Positions 20,307-29,653 of a DNA stretch of 64,000 nt are shown piece by piece; the first letter of the stretch is position 1, and each line of letters opens with the position of its first letter. Where the stretch lies: the NCBI GenBank assembly GCA_903889895.1, contig CAISYZ010000257.1, forward strand, positions 6,196 through 70,195, in the 5' to 3' direction. This DNA is from an uncultured Verrucomicrobia subdivision 3 bacterium. GTDB taxonomy: Bacteria > Verrucomicrobiota > Verrucomicrobiia > Limisphaerales > UBA11358. The position numbers and the translations under genes are program-made. The notes under the pieces are model-generated. The model worked only from the letters and a program-made list of their open reading frames with translations. It was not told where the DNA came from and searched no databases.

Positions 20307-22034
20307 CTAAAACTTTCTTAATTCCGTTCTCGCCAGTTGAATCAGCGGACGAATTGTCGCTGCGTCGAAATCGAATCTGCAGCCTGCCGCCGCAAATAGT
20401 TCCGGCAATGGCCGGGAGCCGCCGAGCGTCAGCGCCAGCTTGTAATCACCCAGCGCCTTTGCCTTGTTCGCCTTGGAATTCGCCCACACCTGCAACGCGC
20501 CGAGCTGGGCGATGCCGTATTCGACATAGTAAAACGGATACAGAAAAATGTGCAACTGACGGTGCCACGAATGCGCCCGCACTTCCTCGAAGCCCGAATA
20601 ATCCACGTCGCCGCCGAAGCGATTCATCAGCGCGATGTAAGCCGCCTTGCGCTCGGCGCGCGTGTGGCTGGGATGCGTGTAAATCCAGTGCTGGAAACCG
20701 TCCACCACCGCCATCCACGGAAAAAATCCGATGATGCCTTCGAGGTGCGTCTTGCGCGCGCGCGCCGCTTCCGCCGGCGCGTAAAATTCCTCGATGAATT
20801 CATTGCCGAGCAGTTCCATCGCCATGGAGGCGACTTCGCAAAATTCAATCGGCGAGCTGCGATACGGATACAAATCTTCGCTGCGCGTCGCCTGCGCATG
20901 GAACGCGTGGCCGGCCTCGTGCAGAATCGTCTCCACATCGCGCTGCACGCCGACGGCGTTCATGAAGATGAACGGCACGCGCGCTTCCGCCAGCGTGGAC
21001 TGGTAGCCGCCCGGCGCCTTGCCTTTGCGATTGTCGAGGTCGAGCAGCTTCTTGTTCTGCATCTCTTGAAAATTTCCCGCCAGCTCCGCATCGAGTTGAT
21101 TGAAAATCTTCTGCGTGCGGGCCACCATTTCGCCGACATCAGCAAATGGTTTTAACGGCGCGCGATTCTGTGGATCCACCGCCAAGTCCCACGGCCGGAG
21201 TTTTCCCAGATTTAATTTCTGCCGGCGCTCATTCTGAATTTCGCGGACGGCGGGCATGATTTCGCTCTCGATGGCGTCGTGGAACTTCAGGCAATCCGCC
21301 GGCGTGTAATCGAAACGGCTCTTCTGGCGGAAAATGAATTCGAGATAATTGTTGAAGCCCGCGTTCTTGGCGATTTGATGCCGCAGCTTGATCAGCTCGT
21401 CCATGATTTCTTCGCACTTCTCGACATCCTCCAAACGGCGTTTGGCAACCAGCGTCCAAGCCTCCTGCCGCAGCGCGCGGTCCGGCTCTTCGAAAAAGCG
21501 GCCCATCTGCGCGAGCGTTTTTTCCTCGCCGCGAAAATTCACCGTCTGCGACCCGATGAGTTTTTGGTATTGCTGGCCGAGCTTCGCCTCCTCGGTTTCC
21601 AGCGCCACGTTTTCCGGGCGGAACAGTTGGACGTGATTCGCCACGTCGCGGTCAAACACTTCGTAACGCGCCTTCGGCAGATTTGTTCGCTGTGGATGCG
21701 CGACGTAAAGCTGTTCCAGCGCAAACTGGCGCGGCTTGAGCTGCGGCTCGACGTGCTCGACGAAATGCAGATACGCCTGCTCCGCCTCGGCGTTGTCCGT
21801 GTGGCAGGTCATCGCGATGTTGCGGCATGAACCTTCCTGATCCAGCGCGGCGGACAGCTCGCACCAGTCCAGCAGCCATTTCTCAAATGCGGCGGCGGTG
21901 GTGGCCTGTGCGGCACGCAGCTCGAGTTGGTCGAAGAGCGGCGCAATCTGCGGCCAGTCGCCGAGGTCAATTGTGGCGGGGACAAACGAGCGCGGTTTCG
22001 CAGGCGGCAATTTTCCGAATGGCAACAAATTCAT
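20307..22034 (-). CDS. M3 family oligoendopeptidase (PepF-like)
   Basis: HEAGHAFH, EVASM.MEL, 'HIF.YPFYY.EY'. Confidence 0.92.
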   Translation of the reverse strand: MNLLPFGKLPPAKPRSFVPATIDLGDWPQIAPLFDQLELRAAQATTAAAFEKWLLDWCELSAALDQEGSCRNIAMTCHTDNAEAEQAYLHFVEHVEPQLKPRQFALEQLYVAHPQRTNLPKARYEVFDRDVANHVQLFRPENVALETEEAKLGQQYQKLIGSQTVNFRGEEKTLAQMGRFFEEPDRALRQEAWTLVAKRRLEDVEKCEEIMDELIKLRHQIAKNAGFNNYLEFIFRQKSRFDYTPADCLKFHDAIESEIMPAVREIQNERRQKLNLGKLRPWDLAVDPQNRAPLKPFADVGEMVARTQKIFNQLDAELAGNFQEMQNKKLLDLDNRKGKAPGGYQSTLAEARVPFIFMNAVGVQRDVETILHEAGHAFHAQATRSEDLYPYRSSPIEFCEVASMAMELLGNEFIEEFYAPAEAARARKTHLEGIIGFFPWMAVVDGFQHWIYTHPSHTRAERKAAYIALMNRFGGDVDYSGFEEVRAHSWHRQLHIFLYPFYYVEYGIAQLGALQVWANSKANKAKALGDYKLALTLGGSRPLPELFAAAGCRFDFDAATIRPLIQLARTELRKF

Positions 22035-22076
22035 GCGCGGAGTTTAACGAAAATCCGCGCGGGGAAAATGAATTTG

Positions 22077-22469
22077 TCAGCCGCCGTCGTTGCTGGGCAG
22101 CCGGCAGGCGTTGGAAACCTTGTAACGGTTGGCGGCAAATCTGCGGTAGCTCCAATCAAAGATTTTCCGGCCGGCCGGCGCGACGGAAAAAAGGTAAATC
22201 GGATATGCCCACCAGATGCGGCGCATCGCGTAGCGGTAAGTGTCGGCGCCCGAAACCAGTTCGCCGTTCGCGAGGAGCAGCCGCAAATCCTGCAAAAGTT
22301 CGGCGTCGCTCATTGCCAGTTTTTCGCGCACCCAATCGGCTTGCAGCGGCGCGATTTCAAAGCCGCGCTTCTGCAAGGTGCTTTCCCAAAACGGAACCCA
22401 GCGACGGCAGAATCCGCATGATTCGTCGTAGAGAATCCAGCCAGCGGGCGCGGTCTTTTCCGGTTTCAT
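22077..22469 (-). CDS. DCC1-like thiol-disulfide oxidoreductase (DUF393)
   Basis: 'YDESCGFC', 'Y...A.NRY'. Confidence 0.8.
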   Translation of the reverse strand: MKPEKTAPAGWILYDESCGFCRRWVPFWESTLQKRGFEIAPLQADWVREKLAMSDAELLQDLRLLLANGELVSGADTYRYAMRRIWWAYPIYLFSVAPAGRKIFDWSYRRFAANRYKVSNACRLPSNDGG

Positions 22470-23194
22470 ATTTTGACGCCGTTGCTTACGGTCACGGCGG
22501 AGCCATCGGCGAGAAAGGCGGACGCCGGCGGGCGGCTCAATAATTTTGCGAACGCGGCTCCATACAAACCGGACGCATCGCAATCCAATTTGGCCGAGGC
22601 GGCAGCAATCGCGTTCCAGCGCGGATGCTCGACGCGGTATTCCATCGTCGAACCGTCGCGCTGGCGCGCATAACCCCAATAATGTTCGGCGATGAATTCC
22701 GTCAGCGAGCCGGCCGCAAGGGGGTCGGACGCACCTTCGGTTTTTAGGTGGATGAAATTTTCGCGACCGCCGAATTGCCAGGAATATCGGATGGATTTAG
22801 GCTTTTCGCCGCTCGGTTCAAGCCGGTGCGACATCGGCAGCGCGATGTATTTCTCATTGTAAAACTTGCGCGCGACCAATGCGATGGCCGGGCGGGGGAC
22901 GATTTCCTTGATGAAAGTCACGCCGCGCCGCCAGCCGTCGTCGGCTTTGCGCCGCACATAAAAGCGCAGGTTCACTTCCTCAAAATTTTGGTGGAACGGA
23001 ATCGGAAGTCCCTTCACGCGGGTCTTGAGAAACATAAACCCGACGAGGCTGACAAAAGTTTTTCCGTTCCAAAAATCCAGCTCCGTGCCCGCAGGCACGA
23101 ACGGCGCGACAATTTCCGGCGCAACTTCGTAATTCAGCATCGCGAGCCAACGCCATTCCGCCGAAATAAAAACTTTTGGTGATTTGCCGTTCAT
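22466..23194 (-). CDS. YqjF/DUF2071 family protein
   Basis: 'W..L.M.NY.V', 'F.EVNLRFYV', 'Y.VEHPRW'. Confidence 0.8.
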   Translation of the reverse strand: MNGKSPKVFISAEWRWLAMLNYEVAPEIVAPFVPAGTELDFWNGKTFVSLVGFMFLKTRVKGLPIPFHQNFEEVNLRFYVRRKADDGWRRGVTFIKEIVPRPAIALVARKFYNEKYIALPMSHRLEPSGEKPKSIRYSWQFGGRENFIHLKTEGASDPLAAGSLTEFIAEHYWGYARQRDGSTMEYRVEHPRWNAIAAASAKLDCDASGLYGAAFAKLLSRPPASAFLADGSAVTVSNGVKI

Positions 23195-25524
23195 TTTTGC
23201 TTCCATCGCAGCAGCCGCAGTGCGTTGCCAATGACGATCAAATCCGAAATGCCCATCGCCGCCGCGCAGAAAATCGGGCTGATGACGCCGCACGCCGCCA
23301 GCGGCACGCCGAGCGCGTTGTAAAAAAAAGCCCAGAACAAATTTTGCTTGATGGTGCGCAAAGTCGCGCGCGCCAGACCGAGCGCCTCCGGCACGGCTTC
23401 AATTTCTGATTTCAGCAGGATAATATCCGCCGCCTCGCGCGCCACGTCGCTCGCACGGCTCACTGCGATGCCGAGGTCAGCCTGCGTCAGCGACGGCGCG
23501 TCGTTGATGCCGTCGCCCACGAACGCCACGCGCTCGCCGCGCGACGGGGGCGTCGCGCCCACATTCTGCGACGGGGCGTCACAGCCACGCGCTTGAAGTT
23601 TTTTCACAAACTCCGCCTTTTGTTCCGGTCGCACTTCGGTAAACACATTTTCCGCCGCGATGCCGACTTGCTTGGCGATGCTGGCCGCCGTGAGTGAGTT
23701 GTCGCCGGTGATCAAATAGATTTTCAGCCCGTGCTGCTGGAGCTGTTTCACGACCTTCGCCGAATGCGTTTTCACCGTGTCGCGCACGGCGAAGAGGCTG
23801 AGCAATTCCTTTTCCGCCGATAGGCCGACAATTGTCGTGCCCTGCGCCGTCCATTCGGCGATAAATTTTTCGCCCGCCGCCAAATCCACGCCGCCTTCGC
23901 GTAGCCAGCTGAGCGAACCGAGGCGAATTTCCGATTTCCGATTTCCGATTGCCGATTTGGCTTCCACGCCGCAGCCGCAAATTTCCCTCCAGTCGGTAAA
24001 TTCAACTTTGTCCGAAGAAATTTTTGCAATCGCCTGACTGATTGGATGCGTGGAATTTCTGGCGAGCGCCGCCGCCAGTTTTTCCAATTGGCAATTGGCA
24101 ATTGGCAATTGGCAATCTAGCTGTGCGGCCACTTCCGGTTTGCCCAGCGTCAGCGTGCCGGTCTTGTCAAAAACCACCGCCGTGATTTTGCCGGCTTTTT
24201 CTAAGGCCACACCATCGCGGATCAAGATGCCGCGTTTCGCAGCGGTGTTCGCGCTCGCCATGATGGCGGCGGGTGTGGCCAAACCCATCGCGCAGGGACA
24301 CGCGACAATCAAAACACTGGCGGCGATGACAAATGCCTTGTCCGCGCCGGAATGGACAAACCAAAAGATGCCCGCTGCCAGCGCGATGGCGACGATAATC
24401 GGCACGAAGACGTTGCTGATGCGGTCGCCGAGGCGCTGGATGTCGGCGCGACTGGTCTGCGCGCGTTGCACGGCGGCGATGATGTGTGCCAGTGCGGTGG
24501 CTTCGCCGGTGGCGGTCACGCGCATAATTAGGCGACCGTTTAGATTCACCGTGCCGGCAAACAGTTCAGTGCCGGATTTTTTATCGGCGGGAACGGATTC
24601 GCCGGTGAGCATGGCTTCGTCCACGGCTGATTCGCCCTCCAGCACCACGCCATCCACCGGCACGCGGTCACCGGGGCGGAGCGCGAGACGGTCGCCTATT
24701 TTTAATTCCGCCACAGTGACATCAATTTCCACTTGCTGGTTCGGTGCCTGTCCGGAAGGACTTGCCGATTGCCGATTGCTGATTGCCGATTTGGGAAATG
24801 ACAATTTGCGAAGGTCAAACGGCTGGCCGGTCTGATTTGAAATTTGATATTCGGGATTTGAAATTCTTCGGGCCGTCTGCGGCGCGAGCTGCAACAAGGA
24901 TTTTAGCGCGCTGCTCGCTTTGTCGCTGACGCGCGCTTCAATCCAGTGGCCGGCGCTGATGAGCGAAATGATGGCGGCGGCTTCCATGAAATAGAGGTGT
25001 CCGCAACTGCTGCTGAACAAAACCCAGCAACTGAAGCCGAACGCCGTCGTGGAGCCGAGCGCGACGAGCGCGTCCATGTTGGACTGACCGACTTTGATTT
25101 GCCGCCACGCGCCGCGATAAAACTGCGCGCCGCAAAAAAGTTGCACGACGGCGGCGAGCGCAAACGACAGCCAGCGGAACCAGCCGGTCATCATCAGGCC
25201 GAAACCCCATTCGCCAACCATCAGCGCGGTGGTGACGGCGAGGCCGAGGATCAGATTCCATTGCCAGCGGCTTTGCCGCGCCGGTTCGCCGGATTTTTCG
25301 GGAACAATTTCTTTTGCCGCAAAACCGGCCTTGGCAATGGCGGTGAGAATTTCCGGAACACTCTTCGCTTCGGCGGAATGCCAGCGCACACTGGCGCGTT
25401 CCGTCGCCACGCTCACGCTGACGCTGTGGACGCCGGTGATTTTCTGCGCGGCCTCGGTGACTTTGCGGGCGCAGTTGTTGCAGGTCATGCCGGTGACGCG
25501 CAGTTCGGTGGTGGGCAGAGCCAT
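23191..25524 (-). CDS. copA: Cu(I)-type P1B ATPase carrying several in-frame repeat insertions
   Basis: HMA GMTCNNC, TGES, CPC, DKTGTLT, GDGIND, YN motif. Confidence 0.9.
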   Translation of the reverse strand: MALPTTELRVTGMTCNNCARKVTEAAQKITGVHSVSVSVATERASVRWHSAEAKSVPEILTAIAKAGFAAKEIVPEKSGEPARQSRWQWNLILGLAVTTALMVGEWGFGLMMTGWFRWLSFALAAVVQLFCGAQFYRGAWRQIKVGQSNMDALVALGSTTAFGFSCWVLFSSSCGHLYFMEAAAIISLISAGHWIEARVSDKASSALKSLLQLAPQTARRISNPEYQISNQTGQPFDLRKLSFPKSAISNRQSASPSGQAPNQQVEIDVTVAELKIGDRLALRPGDRVPVDGVVLEGESAVDEAMLTGESVPADKKSGTELFAGTVNLNGRLIMRVTATGEATALAHIIAAVQRAQTSRADIQRLGDRISNVFVPIIVAIALAAGIFWFVHSGADKAFVIAASVLIVACPCAMGLATPAAIMASANTAAKRGILIRDGVALEKAGKITAVVFDKTGTLTLGKPEVAAQLDCQLPIANCQLEKLAAALARNSTHPISQAIAKISSDKVEFTDWREICGCGVEAKSAIGNRKSEIRLGSLSWLREGGVDLAAGEKFIAEWTAQGTTIVGLSAEKELLSLFAVRDTVKTHSAKVVKQLQQHGLKIYLITGDNSLTAASIAKQVGIAAENVFTEVRPEQKAEFVKKLQARGCDAPSQNVGATPPSRGERVAFVGDGINDAPSLTQADLGIAVSRASDVAREAADIILLKSEIEAVPEALGLARATLRTIKQNLFWAFFYNALGVPLAACGVISPIFCAAAMGISDLIVIGNALRLLRWKQK
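23540..23588. repeat. REP-like palindrome doublet in frame within copA
   Basis: CGCGACGGGGGCGTCGCGCCCAC and TGCGACGGGGCGTCACAGCCAC; extra peptide before RVAFVGDG. Confidence 0.7.
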
Positions 25525-25597
25525 TCGTTCGGCTTCAGGATGCCACCCGCCGGCCAGTTCCGCAATCTAACGGAAGCTTTGGCAGCCTCCTGATTTG

Positions 25598-25671
25598 CGG
25601 AGCGCGGCATTCATGCCGCTTCAATGTCGCTTGAAATGCTACCGTTGAAACGGGCTAAAGCCCGCGCTCCG
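25598..25671. repeat. REP-like inverted-repeat element
   Basis: CGGAGCGCGG-CATTCATGCCGC ... CGGGCTAAAGCCCGCGCTCCG: terminal inverted repeat with two inner hairpins. Confidence 0.75.
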
Positions 25672-25694
25672 AAGCAATTTAGGATGCTTCCGAG

Positions 25695-26005
25695 CCTTTG
25701 CCAAAACCTTTGGAACGGCTGGGAAACCTTTGGGAACGCTTTCCAAACCTTTCGGAAGGCTTCCAAAACCTTTGGTAACGTCTAAAAGGTTTTGGAAATG
25801 TTTCCAAAAAGTTTTGGAAGACTTTCGGCGGAAAACAAGATGCGCCATTAACATTAAAGTTTTTTCCAAAGGTTTTTGAAGGCTTTCCAAAACCTTTTTT
25901 AGAGACAAAAGAAGGTTTAGAAATGTTTCCGAAACCTTTGGTAACGGCTAAAAAGGTTTTAGAAATGTTTCCAAAAGGTTTTGGAGACTCGCCAAAGGTT
26001 TTGAC
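25695..26005. repeat. Degenerate 21-bp-period tandem array 2, quasi-palindromic unit TTCCAAAA(CC/GG)TTT(T)GGAA, ~13 units with a gap near 25825-25860
   Basis: Consecutive units tttccgaaacctttggtaacg / gctaaaaaggttttagaaatg / tttccaaaaggttttggagac / tcgccaaaggttttgacaaag. Confidence 0.88.
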
Positions 26006-26325
26006 AAAGCCCCCCGATTCTGGTCAAAACCGCTCGAAAATGGGTGAAAACCGCATTTTTTGCCTCGCCCGGCGACTTTGCGGCCGCGGCCAAGGCATTG
26101 GCGGCTTGGTTTTAACCGGCATTAACCTCGCCAATTTTACTCCCTATCCGCAGCGGTTGGGGAGCAAGCCGGCTGGTCGCGCCTAAATCGGATGAAGGCG
26201 GAGGTGAGGTGCCACTCAACTGTTTCTTGCAACTATCAATTTTCCCGCGCAAACTCGCCGCTGTCCGAAATAAAAACAACGACCAAATATATTAACTAAA
26301 CAATTTGCGTAGCTACGGCTACGGG

Positions 26326-26441
26326 CTGCTCCGAAAACCGAGAATTTTCCAAGCCCGTTACACGAACCGACCGAGCGCGCCCAAATGGGCGCGGCTTGGC
26401 GTGTTCTCGTGTAACAGGCGCTTCTCGGTGCCTCGGAGCAG
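26326..26441. other. Long imperfect hairpin (candidate ncRNA or MITE) upstream of methylase
   Basis: Nested pairs CTGCTCCGA/TCGGAGCAG, ACCGAGAA/TTCTCGGT, GTTACACGA/TCGTGTAAC, CGCGCCCA/TGGGCGCG. Confidence 0.7.
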
Positions 26442-26505
26442 GGACGCGGCGAGTCCGCGCCTCTTCTTTTTAGAATTCCCGTTTCCGCCCGCTCGCAGCG
26501 GAAAC

Positions 26506-27702
26506 ATGGCACACGACAATCTCAAAAACGCAAAACGGGCAAGGAACGACGAGTTCTACACTCAATACGCCGATATTCAGAAGGAGATTGAAGCGTATCT
26601 GGAATACGATGCCGATGTGTTCCGGGGCAAGGTGGTTTATTGCAATTGCGACGATCCGTTTGAGAGCAATTTCTTCCGCTACTTCATTCTCAATTTCAAA
26701 AAGCTCGGTTTGAAGCAGCTCATTACCACCAGCTACAAACCTTCGCCCGTGGCAAATACGCAACTGGAATTGTATGGCGATGACAACACGCTCCCAAAAG
26801 CAAAAGGTCGTCCGAAGTTAACGGCCAATAAATTTATCATCAATGAAGTGCATGACATTGACGGGGGCAGCGAATTCAACTTGAAATCCGTGGCCAGAAA
26901 GTTAAAGGCCAACAAAAACAACGAGTGGACTCCGCTGGAAGGCGACGGCGATTTTCGCAGTGCCGAGTGCATCGAACTGCTGAAACAATCCGACATTGTG
27001 GTGACCAACCCACCGTTCTCTTTGTTTAAGGAGTATGTTGCCCAGCTCGTGGAATACGGGAAAAAATTCCTAATCATCGGCAACACCAATTCAATTACCT
27101 ACTTGGAGATTTTCCCACTTATTAGGAACAACAAAATTTGGCTGGGTTGCACAAATTTCAATGTCGGAATGTTTTTCAAGGTGCCCGACGACTGGGAGCG
27201 CTTTCACCACATTGACGATGAGACGGGCTGGAAAATAGCGCGAGTTTCAACGTCGTGTTGGTATACAAACCTCGACCACGGTCGCCGCCATGAGCCTTTA
27301 AACCTCATGACTATGGCAGAGAACCTTAAATATAGTAAAAACCTGAAAGGAAAGTCAGCGTATGACCGCTACTTCAACTACGATGCGATTGACGTCGGCA
27401 CCTATAAGGAAATTCCCAGCGACTACGATGGCGTAATGGGCGTCCCAGTAACCTTCCTCGACAAATATAACCCTGACCAATTTGAGATAGTCGGAAACAG
27501 TGACGACGGCAGTATGATGCGCGAGCTTGGAGTCCGAGCCCTTGGTCATAAATTCATTAGCGCATATCGCGCTCGCGGAGGCACTGGCCACTATAGTCCT
27601 GGCATGCGAATGCTTGGTCTGCTCGAACCTCAGGCACGAATCATCTTCAAGCGCCTCCTAATCCGGCATCGCACGAAGCCCACCAAACTAGAGAAAAGAT
27701 GA
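26506..27702 (+). CDS. Adenine-specific DNA methyltransferase, EcoRI family
   Basis: NDEFYT, YCNCDDP..SNF, GDGDFRS.EC, VTNPPFSLF, MGVPVTFLDKYNPDQF. Confidence 0.9.
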   Translation: MAHDNLKNAKRARNDEFYTQYADIQKEIEAYLEYDADVFRGKVVYCNCDDPFESNFFRYFILNFKKLGLKQLITTSYKPSPVANTQLELYGDDNTLPKAKGRPKLTANKFIINEVHDIDGGSEFNLKSVARKLKANKNNEWTPLEGDGDFRSAECIELLKQSDIVVTNPPFSLFKEYVAQLVEYGKKFLIIGNTNSITYLEIFPLIRNNKIWLGCTNFNVGMFFKVPDDWERFHHIDDETGWKIARVSTSCWYTNLDHGRRHEPLNLMTMAENLKYSKNLKGKSAYDRYFNYDAIDVGTYKEIPSDYDGVMGVPVTFLDKYNPDQFEIVGNSDDGSMMRELGVRALGHKFISAYRARGGTGHYSPGMRMLGLLEPQARIIFKRLLIRHRTKPTKLEKR

Positions 27703-28868
27703 AGACCACACTCCAAATCGACATCACCGTCGCCGACATCTGCGATGGCTTTGTTTACAACGAACTGGAAGGCAAGGGGCTTTTCGGTTTGTCCGGCAAA
27801 CTCACAATTCAGCCGGAATATCAGCGTAATTATATTTACGCTGCCGACGGCGGTAAAAAAGAGGCGGCGGTCATCGAATCCGTTCTCAATCGCTATCCGC
27901 TGGGGTTGATTTATTTCAATAAAGTGGCTGAAGACAAATTTGAAGTTTTGGACGGACAACAGCGCATCACCAGTCTTGGGCGTTTCATTGCCGGCAAATT
28001 TGCCATCAAAGATGAGGATGGCAATGAGCAGTATTTCAGCGGCATGGCAAAGGACAAGCGGGACAGAATTTTAGAAACCGAGCTGACGATTTACGAATGT
28101 GAGGGCAAGGAAAGTGAAATTAAAAAATGGTTTGAGACAATAAACATTGTCGGCGTCCCGCTCAATAAGCAGGAATTGCTCAACGCCATTTTTTCCGGTC
28201 CGTTTGTGACGCTCGCCAAGGCGGAGTTCAGCAACAGTCAAAATGCCAACATCCAGAAATGGAGCGCGTATGTTTCCGGCAGTGCCAACCGACAGCAATT
28301 TTTGGAATGTGCGCTGGATTGGGTGAGCAATGGCGACATCAGCGGTTACATGAGCCAGCATCGCAAAGATAAAAACATCAAAGAACTAAAAACCTATTTT
28401 AACACCGTCATTGATTGGGTGTCTGGTGTGTTTACAGAAGTTGAAAGCGAAATGTGCGGGCTGGAGTGGGGACGACTTTACGAAACATATCACCAGAAAG
28501 CATACAATCCCGCGAAGGTTTCGGCGGAAGTGCAGAAGCTATATGAGGATTCCTATGTTTCTGACAAACGTGGCATTTTTGAGTTCATCTTGGGCGGCTC
28601 AAAAGATACCAAGCTGCTGAATGTCCGGGTCTTTAATGAGGCAACGAAGAAATCCGTTCATGTCACGCAGACTAAAAAGGCCAAAGCGGAAGGGAAATCA
28701 AATTGCCCGCATTGCGCCATTGGGCATGATGCAAACAAAGCCAAAATTTGGGATCTCAAAGACATGGATGCCGACCATGTGGCTGCGTGGAGCAAAGGCG
28801 GCGGGACAAATGTTAAAAACTGCCAGATGTTGTGCAAGACGCACAACCGCGCAAAAGGCAATCGGTAA
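27699..28868 (+). CDS. DUF262 (GmrS/ParB-like) plus HNH endonuclease, putative restriction enzyme
   Basis: QPEYQRNY, DGQQRITS, C-terminal CxxC...DH...GG.T...NCQMLC..HN..K; overlaps methylase stop. Confidence 0.88.
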   Translation: MKTTLQIDITVADICDGFVYNELEGKGLFGLSGKLTIQPEYQRNYIYAADGGKKEAAVIESVLNRYPLGLIYFNKVAEDKFEVLDGQQRITSLGRFIAGKFAIKDEDGNEQYFSGMAKDKRDRILETELTIYECEGKESEIKKWFETINIVGVPLNKQELLNAIFSGPFVTLAKAEFSNSQNANIQKWSAYVSGSANRQQFLECALDWVSNGDISGYMSQHRKDKNIKELKTYFNTVIDWVSGVFTEVESEMCGLEWGRLYETYHQKAYNPAKVSAEVQKLYEDSYVSDKRGIFEFILGGSKDTKLLNVRVFNEATKKSVHVTQTKKAKAEGKSNCPHCAIGHDANKAKIWDLKDMDADHVAAWSKGGGTNVKNCQMLCKTHNRAKGNR

Positions 28869-28915
28869 CTCCTCACCCCGGACCGCTCCTCGTTTGGGCG
28901 AGGCGAGGGGGAAGA
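28869..28915. repeat. Degenerate REP-like palindrome / terminator
   Basis: CTCCTCACCCCGGACCGCTCCTCG..GGGCGAGGCGAGGGGG resembles CCCCTCACCCCGGCCCTCTCCC-type repeats. Confidence 0.4.
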
Positions 28916-28918
28916 ATT

Positions 28919-29572
28919 TCAGCGGCGGACGGTTTTCATCCGCGCGTGCCAGTCGCGGAGGTGCGGGCGCGCTTTCGGCAATTCGTAATTTTCGGAGAAC
29001 AAAAAGTTTTCCAGCATCCCGAACAGGTCGAAGTCCACAAACAGCGGGCGTTCGCCCAACAAAAATTCCGAGTGCGCGAGCATCTGTTCGTAAGGCGTAA
29101 GTGCGGCGGTGAGCTTTTGCAGCCAGAGTTTTTCGTCGCGCCGCCATTGGTCAATGCAGCCGCGACCGAACTTGCGTTCCTTGAAGCGCAGGTATTGCAA
29201 CTGCTCGGCGGGCTTCACGAAGTCGCGATACTGGCTGTCGTTCAAGCGGAACGCCGCGCCCTCGACTTCGCTTTCGATGTGCCGCCAGAGCAGCGATTGC
29301 ACGCCTTCGCGGTCGGCGGGAAACAAACCGAGCTTGAGTTTCGCATCAAGATATTTGGCGACAATCTGCTGGTCGTCGGTGTCGTCAAAAATAATTTTCG
29401 TGCCGTCGCGCAAGGTCGGCACGCCGTAGTATTTTTGCTTCGTGATTTTCCAGACGAGGTCGCGCGTTTGCGGCGGGAGGTTGGTGGTTTTGAATTTCAC
29501 GCCCGCGAATTCCAAAATGCGTCGCTGGACGATGCAGAACGGGCTCCAGGGAAATTGAATCAGTTCAATCAT
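28919..29572 (-). CDS. Glutathione S-transferase family protein
   Basis: 'WSPFC', 'VPTL.DG', 'FLLGERP...DF.LFG'. Confidence 0.8.
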   Translation of the reverse strand: MIELIQFPWSPFCIVQRRILEFAGVKFKTTNLPPQTRDLVWKITKQKYYGVPTLRDGTKIIFDDTDDQQIVAKYLDAKLKLGLFPADREGVQSLLWRHIESEVEGAAFRLNDSQYRDFVKPAEQLQYLRFKERKFGRGCIDQWRRDEKLWLQKLTAALTPYEQMLAHSEFLLGERPLFVDFDLFGMLENFLFSENYELPKARPHLRDWHARMKTVRR

Positions 29573-29653
29573 GTCCAATATTTCCGCCATCAGGCGCAGG
29601 AACTCAAGCGTAAAGCCGCTTTACTCTTTTGGGCGCGTGGCTAGAATCGCCAC

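Noticed and set aside
26326..26441. Hairpin as SRP RNA, 6S RNA or integron attC
   Set aside because: No SRP GGAA tetraloop/CAGG-AGCA motif, too short for 6S, and no correctly placed RYYYAAC/GTTRRRY ends or integrase.
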